Assembly (NCBI GenBank): GCA_013239625.1
Contig: MU053934.1
Location: forward strand, 6,528,399-6,592,398
Source of the DNA: Lama guanicoe
Taxonomy: Eukaryota
Direction: 5' to 3'
Length of the DNA: 64,000 bases
In this document: positions 50,788 to 63,999 of the stretch, one piece after another
How the letters are laid out: every line of letters starts with the position of its first letter
Position numbering within the stretch: the stretch's first letter is position 1
The notes under the pieces: model-generated
The model's database searches: none
The model's input: only the letters and a program-made list of their open reading frames with translations
Told to the model about the DNA's origin: nothing
Translations under genes and position numbers: made by a program

Positions 50788-51258
50788 CTGTGAGGGGTTG
50801 AGAACATAGTGGGCTCAGGCAGAACCCTCAGGGAACCGCCTCACAGGCACATCTGACCATTAAAACCTTCAATGGCTCCCCAAAGCCCAAAGGAAAGGGT
50901 CTTAGCTTGCTGACCTGGCCTCTGCCAACTACGGTGTTTCCCCTCCCTCCAACACACACACCTTGCATGAGCTGTTTCTGGCCTCTAGGCATTTGCTTAT
51001 GCCATCCCCTCTGCCTTGAATGCTGTCCCTCTGGTATCAGCTCAAGAATTGTTTCCTCCAGAGAACCTTCCTGAAATCCCACACTGGGCAAGATGTTCTT
51101 CTTTGTCTCACCCACCACAGTGGACCAAAACTAGCTGTTGATTTATCTATTTCCTCCACCAGTGAGTTCTCAAGCAAGGATTCTAGAAACTAAATGGGGT
51201 GGGGTGGAAAGAGTTGTCTGGCCCTCAGTCCAGAAGGGAGGGCTGGGGTGGGGCTCAC

Positions 51259-51430
51259 ATAGTCAGCCAGGAAGGCAATGCCGTTGGGGAAGCGCTTGGG
51301 ATCAGGCACTAGGTTGCCTTTGGCATCACGTCCACCAATCCAGCAGTCATCGATGTTAAGGTACACGTAGCCCAGGTCCCGCCATCCATCCTGTGCCAGC
51401 CGGTCAGCCATCTCCATGAAGAGCCACTCA
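51259..51430 (-). CDS. NAGA: NAGA coding exon 3
   Basis: [47 protein letters not shown]; 172 nt. Confidence 0.96.
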
Positions 51431-51948
51431 CTGGCAAGGGGCAGGGGATGGGGCAGCTCAGTGGCCCAGCATGGGCCAAACCCTAACCCCGCCCCTCTTC
51501 CTCAGAGCTCTTCTGACTTCTTAGATGCTCTGAGTGTGAATCAGGCTATGAGTACCATGGCCTAGCTGTCAGCTGAAGACTAAGCCAAATAAGAAGTGTA
51601 AAGGACACCAAGGATTATACCGGGCCATAAGCAGGGTGGAGAAAAAGGAGTGGTCTGGCCCCCGGGCCAAGAACCAGGGGAAACACGTGTGGCCCTTAAC
51701 AGTTATCTCCTTCCCATTATCTCAGAGGTCTTCTGCAAGGTCTCTGCCCCCAGGCCTGAGGTCCCCACAGGGGCCCCAAGCTGGTCACGAGGCCAAGTGT
51801 CAGATGTCCCCCAAGTCACCTGTGGTTGCTTTCTCTCTGGGATCGGGGGCTGTAACCCTACCCTCTTTTCTAGCTGACCCTCCACTCCCTGTTGCCACTC
51901 TGGGGGGCCTCTAGACAAGGTTTGTCAGGTGGTGCAGGCCTTACTCAC

Positions 51949-52084
51949 CTGATGCAGTTCTTTGGGTCCTCGTTACAGTCAATGTTGCAGCGGAAGCGTT
52001 CCCAGGCCAGCCAGCCCATGGGTGGCGTCCGCAGGAGCCCATTGTCCAGCATCAGCACCTGGGCCACCAAGGCCAGCAAGAGCA
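51949..52084 (-). CDS. NAGA: NAGA coding exon 2
   Basis: (V)[44 protein letters not shown]; 136 nt. Confidence 0.96.
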
Positions 52085-52899
52085 CTGCAGGGGGGTTGGA
52101 AGGATGACTATGAGTGGCCCCTATAGCCCCAGCCCTCACCCCGCCGCATCCACATGCTGCCCAGCCCTGCAGAGGCTGCTGGCCGGCACATTAGGCGAAC
52201 TAGACTCCTGAGCTTAAGGTGGAACAGGCACTTCCTGCAACTGCTGGCTCCTGCAGCACAGTGAATGGATGGTGCCTGGGGTACGGCAGTGTGTTTGAGG
52301 CCTGGGTCCCCACTTGTTGTTGCCAAAGTAGTGCTGGAATTATCAAAAATTTAACACCTGAGGTCATATTCTTTTTACACCCTGACCAGCTCCTCCCACT
52401 CCTTTCACGCAGAACTTGACAGTACACTATAGCTAGACTCCAGGTCTCCTGAGTCCCATCCAAGGCTCTTTGCTCTCCACAGACACCCAAGAGGCTTCAG
52501 AAGGGCTTAAGAGGTCAGCCAGGTTGGATCTGCACCCAGCAGCTCACTTTCCCTAAAGGGAAAGGACTCAGTTTCCTTACCTGTAAGATGGAAAGAACTA
52601 CTGTAATTTACAGGGCTGGTCTCAGTACATGCTGATGTTACATGCGATAGGGCCTCTGTGCTTTGGGTGACAGAGGGCGAGAAATGAAGAGGCCTCTTTG
52701 GAGGGGAACTGATACCTAGGTGGGGAACATCTCCTTCTCTTTTCCTGGCCTACTTCCAAGAATAAGAGGAACATGTCTCCCCACATACCCACATCAGGGA
52801 AGGCGACCCAGACACCACTGGGCTGGAACTTCCTCCAGGCAGCCTCCATCTGCAACTGGTCACCTACCCACCCAGAGACATCCCCACCAGTGTAGATAC

Positions 52900-52915
52900 C
52901 TGTCTTCAGCAACAT
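52900..52915 (-). CDS. NAGA: NAGA coding exon 1 (MLLKT)
   Basis: ATGTTGCTGAAGACAG|gtatct, 16 nt, phase fits exon 2. Confidence 0.9.
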
Positions 52916-53099
52916 TGCTCTGGACTCAGCGTCTCAGGACCTGACCAGATCTGCTCTGCTTTTACCAGCTTTGTATGTTGGGCTTTGGAAGCTAAGAAAC
53001 ATTAGAAAAGCACTGAGGTCACTATTGCCTGGCTAGCCCTGCCGCCCTTAACCTTGGGTGTAGATCCCACATTGGGTCCTCAAGCCGCCCTCACAGCCC

Positions 53100-53620
53100 C
53101 TACCCCCTCCTCCGGCCATCACTTCCGCGAGCCTGGTTTCTTTCTTCATAAATACTGAACAAGATGTCTTGGACGTTAGACCTCACCCCCTCTCCAGTGA
53201 TTGGAACTCCAAGCGCCCAAGGGCGGCCCTCTGCCAGGTCGGGGCCAGAGAAAGGGAACAACAGGCTCGAGGACACCCGGGAAGAACGGAGGCGTCGGGC
53301 CGGGACCAGGCTCCGGACTCCCACTCGGTCTGTGTTGTCGTCCCCCGCCCCCAAGGACCGCAGACCCAGCGCTTTAGCATGGGGACCCCCTCCCCGTTCC
53401 TCGCAGAGGCCACAACCCACGGCACTTACCCCTTCCGCCCGCTTCTGCCTCCAGAGGCGACTACGGCGGCAGTCACCTGACTTGCTTACAGCGTTCCAGA
53501 GGGGCGGGGCCTGACGGCAGCAAACCAGCGAAACCTATCAGAATCCCCTAGCAACGTCGTGCCTCGCCCTCTATGGTCCCAGTAAGCCCTCCGAACCTCC
53601 CAAGGCCCCGCCTCCTTTGA
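53100..53620 (-). promoter_or_regulatory. NAGA CpG island promoter
   Basis: CpG-rich; GC box GGGGCGGGGC at 53501-53510; CLEAR-like GTCACCTGAC at 53472-53481. Confidence 0.75.
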
Positions 53621-53959
53621 GCATCAGCTCTGCGCTCTCCCAAGGCAGGCGTGAGCAAGGTTCCCTCTGAGGCTAGTCCTTTCATTTCTGCGGGGCCCCT
53701 GAAGGCAAGGATAGTGCACTGTAGATGCTCAATAAATCGCTGAATACCTGCTGCAGGCTTTGTTAAGAAAAATAAGAGAATGTGCTGAAGCATGGCCCTT
53801 AGCAAGCGGCTCAGAAACAGTATGATGAATAGGCACTAGGAGGAGGATGGGTGGGGAAAGCAAACCAGGTGGGGACACAGCTGTTGAAAAGCCGGGAGCC
53901 TCTCCTTTCCTGCCTGACACTTGGGGCACCGATTATGCTTATCTAGCTACTCTAATATT

Positions 53960-55100
53960 CCTTCCTCTTTCATTCATCAAATATTTATTAAGCAACTATT
54001 AGATACCAAACACTTTATTCCTGGCACCTTCACTTGGCTAGACACTGGGCATCTCGAATATTACTGGCCCCAACCCGACCACCTGCCACTTCCATAAGGT
54101 AATGGCAGATCTCCTTCCAGGTGCTCAAGCCAAAACCTTGGAGTCCTCCTTTCCTTTTCCTTCCCTCACTCCCTACATCCAATCTCTCTGCAAAAGCTGC
54201 CTTCTTTGCCTTCAAAACCCATCCTGAATTTGGTCACCTCTCTCTATTCTCCCAGCCCACATCACATCTTGCCTGGATTACTCCAGCAGCCTCCTCACTG
54301 GTCCTCACTAGGCTTCCACCTACATTTTTTTCTCTCCTTAGCAGCCAGAGTAATCCTTTTTTAAAGGATGTTTTACATAGGTCAAAACCTCCACTAAAGA
54401 TTCTGTGATGGCTGTTCATTTCAGTCCGGAGTAACAGCCCTCACAGATTTACAAAGCCCCACCCCACACATTCTGACCCCATTCCTACTGCTCTCCCCTG
54501 CTCACAGCCTCTGTGCTACACTGTGCTACACTAGTCTGCCTGCAGCTCCTCAAACACAGCAAGCCTCAGGACCATTGCAGTAGCTGCTCCCTCTGCCTGG
54601 AATGCTCTTCCTCCAGATTTTGGCAAGAGTAGTTCCCTCATTTGCTTCAAGTATTTCTCAAATGTCATCTTACCAGTGTGGCCTATCCTTACCATTCTGT
54701 TTAAAATTGCCACCTCCCGACTCCTCCAATTCCGAATCTCCTTGTCCCTGGTCTATATTTTTCATAGAACTTACTGCCTTCTAACACATTTATTATGGTT
54801 TCTATTATTAACTTAATAAAATTTAGTGGAGGAGACACGTAATAAACAGGAAATAAAAACATAAGTGTAGGAAAGTTTTTAAATAAGTGGTTAGTGCTAT
54901 AATGAAAATACAACCCAGGGATGTGATAGAGACCTGCGGGTACGCTCCTTTACATCTCATGGTCAGGGAGGGGACATCTGAGCTGAGATCTAAGTGATGT
55001 GAAGGAGTCCTGAGGCGTTAGAGCCAGGGAGTAGAGTTGAGGAGGAAGAGCATTCTAGGCTGCAGAAACTGCAAAGGCCAAAACTTTGAGGTGGGAAACG
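53960..55100. mobile_element. L2 remnants
   Basis: Typical L2 3' motifs (ttcattcatcaaatatttattaagc; gctcaagccaaaaccttggagtc; ccctctgcctggaatgctcttcc). Confidence 0.7.
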
Positions 55101-55149
55101 GCAAGTTCATGGGCAGACGGTCTCAGCTCACCCGCTTCCAGGGCTATCC

Positions 55150-56160
55150 TCCGTTTGGTTGTGCCCTTCTGCAGCCTTCACCACAGACATAACTACGGAC
55201 CGACTCTCCGCAGAGCCTGGGCGCCGAAGCTGCGTTGCAGGTGGGCGGGAGTGGCGGAAGCAGAAACGGATAATCCCCAGAAGCCGAGATCCCACCGACT
55301 CCAGGGGCCAGGCTGGGTGGCTGGGAAGCTGGGCTGAGCCTCGCAGACTGGATTGGGCCCGCCCAGGCTGGGCTGAGGCCTTCCCAAGCTTGGCTCTGCG
55401 GGAGAACTGGGCCGGGCGGGGAGAGGGGGATTGGAGGCGGGGAGAGAAGGTCTCCGAGTTTTCTGGGAGGGGGGCTGGCGCCGAGGCCCCCGGACCGCCT
55501 GAGGTGGGACTCTGAGTTAGAGGCCTCCTGCCACTGACCAACAGTGTGGCTCGGGCAGGTCACGGCCTATAGACCTCAGTTTCCCTCCCGCGTGGCTCAA
55601 AGGGCGGCTTCGCGGATCGCGAGGCCTAGTGAGTCGTGGGCGGGGAAGGGCGGGGGCGGTAACTCCAGCCGCCCGGGCGGGGTCTCCCGGCTCCCGCGGC
55701 CACGTTGGCGGCCCTGGCGGAGGCTTGGGGTCCGGAGCCAGCCAAGATCGCCCCCGGGCTGCGGCCGCAGCCCACCCCGCAGGCCGCGCTCCTGGGCTGC
55801 GGCGGCGCGGAGGTGAGAGCTGGCCCGGCGGGCTCGGGAGGAGGTGGCCGCCGGGAAGGCGTGGCCCGCGGGGACGTGGCGGGTCAGCCCCATGCGCGAT
55901 GGGGAAACCAAGGCGGCATCCGCACCCCGAGTCTGCGGCGCTCACCCAGGAGTTCCTGGTGAGGAAACCCTTGTTTCAAGGTGACAGAGCGTCAGGGGCC
56001 CAGCGCGGGTGGCCAGTGGCCGGCGGGTCCCACGCCCCAGCCCACCGCGCCTCTAACAAAAGAATCCATAAAGACGCGGTGTACCCGGGGTTGAGGTCCG
56101 GGCCTCGCATCCCTGTTCGGGGGTGGAGGGGGGGCATTTCCCAGGCACGCGGCAGGGGAG
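55150..56160 (+). promoter_or_regulatory. CpG island with probable non-coding exon 1 of PHETA2
   Basis: Very CpG-rich; donor GAG|GTGAGA after 55812. Confidence 0.7.
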
Positions 56161-56993
56161 GGGAGACAGTTCTGTGAGCTCCAGACCCTCTCTCCCTGCG
56201 CCCAATGGAAGGGAGATGAGCCAGTTCTCGGGCAAACATCTGTGATCTCCCCCCTCGTCGTCCAGAATGGTCCCTCCCCCATCCCAGGACCTTGCTTGTT
56301 TCTTTCCATAGCCCTTATCATACTGGTCCTTAAATTATTTATTATTTAATTAAAATTTAAAATGCACTAATTATTATTAAAGTGTCTCTGCCCCTGAAAT
56401 ATAGGGAGGGAGGGACCGTATTTTGTCCACTGTTGTATTCCCAGTTTTTAAACAAATATTTCCAGAGGGCCTCCCTCTGGAAGGGACTGTATATTGGGGG
56501 TTCCACTAGGAGCCAAGGTCAGGCCTGCCCTAGGCATTATGGGGCTGGGGACAGCGCTGTAAACACAAGAGATCATTGCAGAATGAAGGAAATGAAAACA
56601 GAAATGAGGGGGCTGCTGGTTGGGTCACCTTAGATCAGGCCACCTTGGTGATCAGGACCACCTTAGATATAGTGATCAGGGCAGGCCTCTCAGATTAGGT
56701 TACTTAAAGACCGCAAATAAACTGTGACAAATGCTACAAGGGAAAAGCTATGAGGGCACTTAACTCTAGCCTTAGGGAGCAGGGAGCTGAGGTCTGAAGT
56801 GTGATGATCAGGACAATGGGACTTAGCTCCTTAAATTGCTCATAAGGGGCCTGGGTGGCCTGGTGGGTGGGTGGAGGGTTATCAGGGGTCAGGGAAGGCT
56901 TCCTGGAGGTGGTAGTTTCATTTGACCCCAGGGGCTGAGTAGGCAGACTCATCCTTTAGGATGGTTTGACTGGGTTTGAGAATTCTTTTGCAG

Positions 56994-57077
56994 GTGCCCT
57001 GGAAACCACGTGATCTAAGGGCTGAGCTGTGTGGCCAGACAAGAGAGGCCCCTGCCCTTGCCCACTGAGCTCTGCTG
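56994..57077 (+). other. PHETA2: Probable PHETA2 5'UTR exon
   Basis: ttcttttgcag| ... CTG|gtaagt strong splice sites between the CpG island and the coding exon. Confidence 0.6.
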
Positions 57078-57899
57078 GTAAGTGGGTCACTGCCAAGACT
57101 TGCCCCCAAAGGGTGTGAGGGAATCAGGAGACCAAGCTCTGCTTCTCACTTGCCATATGACCTCAGGCAGTTCACCTTCATTGTTCTGGCCTCAGTTTCC
57201 CATGATTCAGGAGGACAGTTGGATTAGATGCCACTTGTGATCTGTGGGGCACCAACATTCAGTGGCTGAGGTTGATCCTACTCAACCATGCCCTGGTTTG
57301 TACTACCCTCTTCTTTAATGAGCAGGTTCCTATCCGAGCCCACACTGACGGAGGAATGAGGCAGGCCTGCCCCACCCCAGCCCCATCTAGCCCTCAAGGA
57401 TACTAAAGGACAACTGTACCATTAATAAATGCGAGGCCAGCAGGGGCCTACGGGGGTCACGGAAACCCTGGAGGCTTGGCCTCAGGGTTGGAGGTAAGGG
57501 GCCCTCAAATTAGGGGATAGTTTAAGCACAATGGTTTCTATAGGATTGGGGTCCATTTCAGCTCAGCTGATACCTTTTTTCTTTGAGTTTTAAAAAGTAA
57601 TGTTACAGCCCTGACATATTTCCTGGTCTGATACAATCACACTATCCTTTTCTTGAGTTCTCTGAAGTTGTTTTTTCCATGATCCTCACAACAACCCTTT
57701 GAGAAAAGGCAGGGGAGATGAGCCCATTTCACAGATGAAGACACTGAGAGCCTCAGAGCACAGCAAATGAGAAGATGCAACAGTGTTGGGGCCCAGGTCT
57801 CCTCCAGAGCCCATGTTCTTTTCCCCACAGGGGCACAGAGGCTGCTCCCTCTCTGATCTGCGGCTGCCTCTTTCCCCTCACAGTGTTCTTATGGGAGCC

Positions 57900-58679
57900 A
57901 TGAAGCTGAACGAGAGGAGTGTGGCCCACTACGCATTGAGTGACTCCCCAGCAGACCACACGGGCTTCCTGCGCACTTGGGGGGGCGCAGGGACTCCACC
58001 CACCCCCAGTGGTGCTGGCCGAAGGTGCTGGTTTGTCCTCAAGGGCAACCTGCTTTTCGCCTTTGAGAATCGAGAAGGCCGGGCCCCGCTGAGCCTGGTG
58101 GTGCTGGAGGGCTGTACAGTGGAGCTGGCTGAGGCTCCTGTGCCTGAAGAGTTTGCCTTTGCCATCCGCTTCGACGCCCCTGGCGTGCGTCCACACCTAC
58201 TTGCAGCAGATGGGCCGGCAGCCCAGGAGGCATGGGTGAAGGCACTGTCTAGGGCAAGCTTCGGCTACATGCGCCTGGTAGTGCGTGAGCTGGAGAGCCA
58301 GTTGCGTGATGCCCGCCACAGCCTGGACTTGCATCGTCGCTCATCCTGGAAGGCCATTCCCAGCCGCCCTAAGGCTCAGGCTACTGACCACTGGTCTTCT
58401 GGCCTGGAGAATGGCCACTCCCTCTCCAGGGACTGTAGCTCTATGGGCTTGGTGGAAGAAGCGGGCAGCAGGCCAGCAGGGCGGGGCTTGTCTGAGTGGG
58501 AGTTGCAAAGTCCTGCCAGCCTCCTCCTAGGTAGGGGGCAGAGCCCTGTGTCCCCTGAGACCTCCTGCTTCTCTACCCTGCACTACTGGTATGGCCAGGA
58601 GATTATGGAACTGAGGCGGGTATGGCTGCAGAGGGCCCAGGGGAGCCAGCCAGACTGCGAGGAACAGGATAGGCCTTAA
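57900..58679 (+). CDS. PHETA2: PHETA2 / FAM109B (Sesquipedalian-2), single coding exon, 259 aa
   Basis: [22 protein letters not shown] domain [24 protein letters not shown]-terminal F&H motif [13 protein letters not shown]; acceptor cacag| at 57883. Confidence 0.96.
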   Translation: MKLNERSVAHYALSDSPADHTGFLRTWGGAGTPPTPSGAGRRCWFVLKGNLLFAFENREGRAPLSLVVLEGCTVELAEAPVPEEFAFAIRFDAPGVRPHLLAADGPAAQEAWVKALSRASFGYMRLVVRELESQLRDARHSLDLHRRSSWKAIPSRPKAQATDHWSSGLENGHSLSRDCSSMGLVEEAGSRPAGRGLSEWELQSPASLLLGRGQSPVSPETSCFSTLHYWYGQEIMELRRVWLQRAQGSQPDCEEQDRP

Positions 58680-59349
58680 GCCTTCCGCCTTCTGGTTCAG
58701 CCCTTGTCCTGCTGGTCAGGACACCAGGGCCAGTGCTTTTTCAAGAGTTTACTGTTTACTCCTCCCCAGCAGAAACAACCTCTCCCTTCCTAGACTCTGC
58801 CTTATTGGGGCCTTGGGCAGCCTGACGAGGGCCCAACTGTGCTAGAGGCTTGGGCTCAGAGCCTCTTTAAGCCCAGGAGGCTGAGACGCCACCCAGGGTC
58901 CAGGACGGGTTCCCAGGGAGAGAGGCCACCTTCCCAGCCCTGTATAGGAGCCCCACAGCCCACTGTACCTTGTTTTATACACAGATACTACAGGCTTTTG
59001 TTATCATTCCTATTGTTACAGCCTTTTTTTATATACTATTAAAACATTATGTTTTTTTAATTACTCATTTTGGTTCTTCAAGTTTATTTCAGTAATCACC
59101 TAGACAGTCAATTTATGTGAAAGCCCCCATATTCTTCCTTTTCAGATATATTTTTCATTTGGCTATACATATTTCTTGACATGAAATAAAATTCCAGAAC
59201 CAAGTAGCAGGAGTAGTAAATCTGAATTGTATTTTTTAAAAAATACAACAGCTTTAAGTTCAATTAAAGCGATTTTCTCATTTCAACAACTACCTGCTCT
59301 GCCAAGCCCTGACTGTCCTTGGTGCAGGAACAATGACAGAAATCAGAAG

Positions 59350-59960
59350 GCTTCACGCCGGACGAACCCCATCTGATGGTCCTGCCCACCAGGCTAGATA
59401 TGAGGGGTGTACCGGGCATCGGCGACATCCTCGTGACATCACCACGTCGGGCCGGTGACAAATACCTCTTTCCTTCCGCAACAGGAACTAAGCGCGACTC
59501 GCGAGTCTGTAAACTGGATCTCTCGTCAACTCCCGAAAGCCTCGCGAGGTTTGGGGCGACGTTCTTCCGGGGGGCGTCACCGGGGCCGGGCGGTGGGGAC
59601 CAGGTGCCCGGGCTAGAGGCGGAGCTGGGAGATGGCGTCCGGAGCGGCTCGCTGGCTGGCATTGGCACCCGTCCGATCTGGGGCTTTCTGGAGTGGGCTG
59701 CGCCTGAGGAAAGGTGGTGATGTCCCCGCCGCACGGGGAGGCTCAGGTCGGAGCCTGGTACCGTCGAGGTCAGTCATCGTTACTCGCAGCGGCGCCATTT
59801 TGCCCAAACCGGTGAAAGTGAGTGTCTCCCAAGAGGCGGGGCGAAGGGGCCGAGGCCAATCGTTGTGGGGAGTGTGTGCGGGTCGACGCTGATTGATAGG
59901 CACAGAGACCAGTCGTACGACCTCCTTACACCGGAAGACGGATCAAGGACAAAGTTTTGC
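59350..59960 (+). promoter_or_regulatory. SMDT1 CpG island promoter
   Basis: CpG-dense region around the SMDT1 ATG; begins within about 200 bp of the distal PHETA2 poly(A) candidate (AATAAA 59185; also ATTAAA 59038). Confidence 0.75.
59632..59817 (+). CDS. SMDT1: SMDT1 (EMRE, essential MCU regulator) exon 1
   Basis: MASGAARWLALAPVRSGA..SRSVIVTRSGAILPKPVK|gtgagt; 186 nt. Confidence 0.96.
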
Positions 59961-61209
59961 GCTAATAATGCTGCTAATTTTGACAAGTGAGAGGAAGTGG
60001 TCGGGTAGGATCCCGGTGTGGAGCTGGGTGCAGGGAGGCAGAAGTTAGGGGGTAGGAGGGCAGAGCTGAGAAAGACGGCACTTTGCACTAGCTTATCGTA
60101 AGGAGCGCGATGTCCTAGCTGTCGGGAGCCACAGGGCTCTGCTTTATGTATCCAATGTAGACAAGTCATGTAACTTAGAGTTGAATGGGATGAAATAACG
60201 AACTGTGGAAGGAGTTTGTAAACGAAGGGTACGTGGGACAGATATCTTTTTGTGAGTTTTGACTTAGTATTTAATTCATGTGATTAGGTGTGCAGGGAAG
60301 TATTGTAATCAGTGTTTTTACAAATGAAGAATCAGGGGCGAGAGTGGCAAAGCCAGTGTCCAAAGCTAGCAGCTGAGTTAGGTTCCGGAATCTAGGTTTC
60401 CTGCCCTCAGTGCCCTTGGATTTTCTCACTAAAACAGGAACAGTACCTTATACCAAACAAGTTGGCCTTTTGACTCCAGGGCTGTATGGGACTTAACAAA
60501 ACCAAATTCTTTTAAAGCTAGTCTGGCCAATGCAAACTGACACAGAGAAGTGCGTTTAGGGTTGTTTTACAGCAGGAAGCAGGGTCATATTGCAGGAGAG
60601 CTGCCTTTCAAGAGACACAAATGAAACTTTTTGTTGTTGTTGTTGTTGTTGTTAATTCCGTAGTAAAATATGAGAGGAAATGTTGAGATTTTACGGAAAC
60701 TCTGCCAGTCCATCCAAATAGCTAGTCTTTTAATATAAAGACATGCTCGAATTTCAAAACACCTGTTTCTAAAATTTAATGTGATGAAATCAAATTTCTC
60801 AGATACCAGTGAACCAGTTAAAGAACTGTGTAGTTCACTGTACATCCTTTTGTGGTCTATTTTCATGTAGTGTCTTAAAATAAAGCTGAACTCTATTTCC
60901 CTAGTCCAGTTCAGTACTTTCTCAGGTCTTATAAGTACCTGCAAATAATTAATAGGTTGTGCCCCAATTTTTAGATGTCTGTAAAGTGCCTTATACTTTT
61001 CTTTCTGGTATACAGTTTGATGGCCATAAAATCACTTTATTTCTTCTAATTATTTTTCTTGCTCTGAATTTTTCCAAGGACTTTAAAATCAAGTTGCTTA
61101 TGATGGGTCTGAGGTCCACAGGAGGGAATGACCCTCAGAGGGTCAGGCCCTCTGTGGTCCTACCAGAACGGGCTCTGGAGCTCACAGCCACTACTCTGAC
61201 CCTCTGCAG

Positions 61210-61347
61210 ATGTCCTTTGGCCTTCTCCGTGTGTTCTCCATTGTGATCCCCTTTCTCTATGTCGGAACGCTCATTAGCAAGAACTTTGCTGCTCTTCTTG
61301 AGGAGCATGACATTTTTGTTCCAGAGGATGATGATGATGATGACTAA
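61210..61347 (+). CDS. SMDT1: SMDT1 exon 2 to stop
   Basis: MSFGLLRVFSIVIPFLYVGTLISKNFAALLEEHDIFVPEDDDDDD*; total 107 aa with acidic tail; donor 3 nt after the stop. Confidence 0.97.
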   Translation: MSFGLLRVFSIVIPFLYVGTLISKNFAALLEEHDIFVPEDDDDDD

Positions 61348-62466
61348 CAGGTGAGACTTGTTTTTCCCCTCTGTAGACCAGCAGCAGGAAGGGGGGTGGA
61401 GCATCTGAACTGTGATGCTGTTTGGCCTGGTGGCAGCATCTGGACACTCAAAGCAGAAGCACAGATCTTTAATGAACTGACTCACTTGGTGACTTATATT
61501 TTTATTTCACCTTTTCTCTATGTTGGATGAAGGAAACTATCACTGACTCACAAATTTACTGGGGTCTCTTAAGTTGGATCCTAGCCAGCCTTTTCATTTG
61601 CCCTTTGTGTACCCTCATTCTCTTAACCCACAAATTTTCTAGACAATTTAATATACCTTACACACTCACCACAAATAGCTTCATTTCAGCAGCTCCACAT
61701 TGAAATTTAGAAACTGCAGGTCCTCACCAGTGAGCCCTGCTTACCAAGCTCTGTGTCAGTATAGGCAAAACACAGGCACTGCAACCTGGTTCATATGCTG
61801 TTCATAAACCCTTCCCCTGTCCCCGTTCCATTCAGCTTTCTTGGGTTGACTTCCATGCTCTGGTATGTGCCGATGGGCTGCATTACTTTTGTAAATAAGG
61901 CCACTCCTGCTTCCTTAATGTGGCATTTAAGACTTGCCACAATCTGGTCACACCTATTATTCCAGCCTTATCTTCCACATTCACTCACCTACCTACACCG
62001 ATCACATACCTATCCCCAGTATTCACGATTTCTTGAATGACCCACACTCTTACACACTCTCAAGCAGTGACTCGTTATTCATCTCAGTTGAAAGATTGTT
62101 TCCCATTGCTCTTATTCCAATTCTTCATTGTCTTTGATGAAGTCTTTCCTCATTCTTCCACTTGAAAGTGACTGCTCCGCCCCAAGTGACCAGTACCTCT
62201 CTTGTGACACTCAGTATTATATGCTTAAGTACACAGATGTACCCTAAACTCTAATCTTGCTGGCAGAGAACATGTTTTTTATACCTTTGGGCCCCCAGTG
62301 CCTGGTCTCTAGTGAATGTTCAGTAAATATATGCATGAATAATCAAATGTACTAAAAACTGCCTTTCTCCTGCCATGTTTGTTAGAACTACTGTGGAATT
62401 CTCTTTTGGTATATGGTTAGAGGACTGTTCTGTCACCCAATTCACTGCTGCTTTCCTTTCTTCCAG

Positions 62467-62690
62467 GGCATGGAGGAAGTACAGAAAGGAGAAAGCCCTA
62501 ACTTAATTAAGAAACGATGATGCTTGCAGCCTCTCTTCCTTCCCTATCAGCAAATGGGTGCAGGGGAAGCCTTCTGCATGGTCTGTGACCACAGCTCAGA
62601 TCCCCAGGCTGTTGGAGGCTCCCAGAGATGTGCTGTCCACTGAGCACAATCAAATTATGAATAAACATAATAAACATCAGCTCTGTATGA
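62467..62690 (+). other. SMDT1: SMDT1 non-coding 3' exon with tandem AATAAA
   Basis: ctttcttccag| acceptor; AATAAA at 62660-62665 and 62669-62674. Confidence 0.7.
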
Positions 62691-63867
62691 CTGAGTGATG
62701 GCTGGAGTGTCTCAGTACAAGCAGGCTCTGGTTGCAGTTTCTTGTCCTTGTCCTTGTCCTTTCTCTATCAGCTGAACATAGAGGTCTTTGATTTACAATC
62801 CAGGATCTCCAGTCCCTAATGGATCCACAAGGTAATTAAGGGGACCTGGCACCAATTTTCATTACTTACAAAAATCTAACAGAAGGTCTTTTCCCTCATT
62901 AATCTGCACAGGCTAACTAAAGCCTCGAGCTTTTTTTGTGTTGAGTAACACTGGCTCGTTATCACATGTAATAATAACAAGGAGCTTGACTGATTAAAAC
63001 TCCTTAAGAAATATGTAATTTTTAGAATTCTTTCAAAACTTGCGTTCCTTAGATGGAAAAATAATAAAAGGAGTTGGTGTTGAAAAATGTGAGACTCCTC
63101 AGGGTGATTATGCCTATAGACACTGAACCCCTTTCTCCAGCATTGACACTATCTGGGGAGGGAACTGACAAGACTACCGTCCAAAGCAAACAGAGATCAG
63201 TTCTTTTACCTGGGTCAATGTTTATTCTCTCGTCACTATAGCCACATTCGTTTGCAAAAAACAGTGAGGATATTTCTGTTCAGTGTGTGCACTGAACAGC
63301 TGTGTCCCTAGTAGAATGCCTCATGGTGTAGGAAGTTAACCTCATTTTAAGGACCACGGCTTGTTTGCAAGTAGAGGGCTAGGGTTCTGAGCAGCCATTT
63401 TCTTAGAGCCCAGGGGAAACAGCCCAGCCTGTCAGCTCTGCTTCTGGGCCTCAGTGCTCTTCTGATCTTTCTCCAATACCAAGAGCTGGCTAATTTTGGG
63501 TAATCCGTACAGTGACACCAAGCTATCCAATCCGGCGGCTGCAGAAACATTGCTAAGTTAACAAAGCCATCCAACATCATACCCAGAATGACAGTTTCTG
63601 AGCAGATGGCCTCATCCTTCCTGTTTACCAACATGCAAGACTGAGAAAAGAGAATCTAATTTACTGGAAGCACCACACTTCAGGAGAAGGGAAAGAACAG
63701 GTGGCGTGTATACGGGACCCAACGTGCACAGACAAAAAGTGAGAGACTGCAGAAGTAGTTTCCTGTTGGTTCACCAGTGGAATTCTGTCATGAAGTGACC
63801 ATCATATAGAGTTTATTTGTGCTGTAAAATATTTAAATATCAACATGCACCTTCCCACTGGGTGACT

Positions 63868-63999
<132 letters not shown>

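Noticed and set aside
55086..56321. Many overlapping GC-rich ORFs
   Set aside because: CpG-island artefacts with low-complexity Arg/Gly/Pro/Ala translations.
57783..57899. N-terminal extension of PHETA2 in the ORF track
   Set aside because: It starts at a non-ATG codon upstream of the splice acceptor at 57883, so it is intronic; only a weak-context in-frame ATG at 57891 (+3 aa) is possible.
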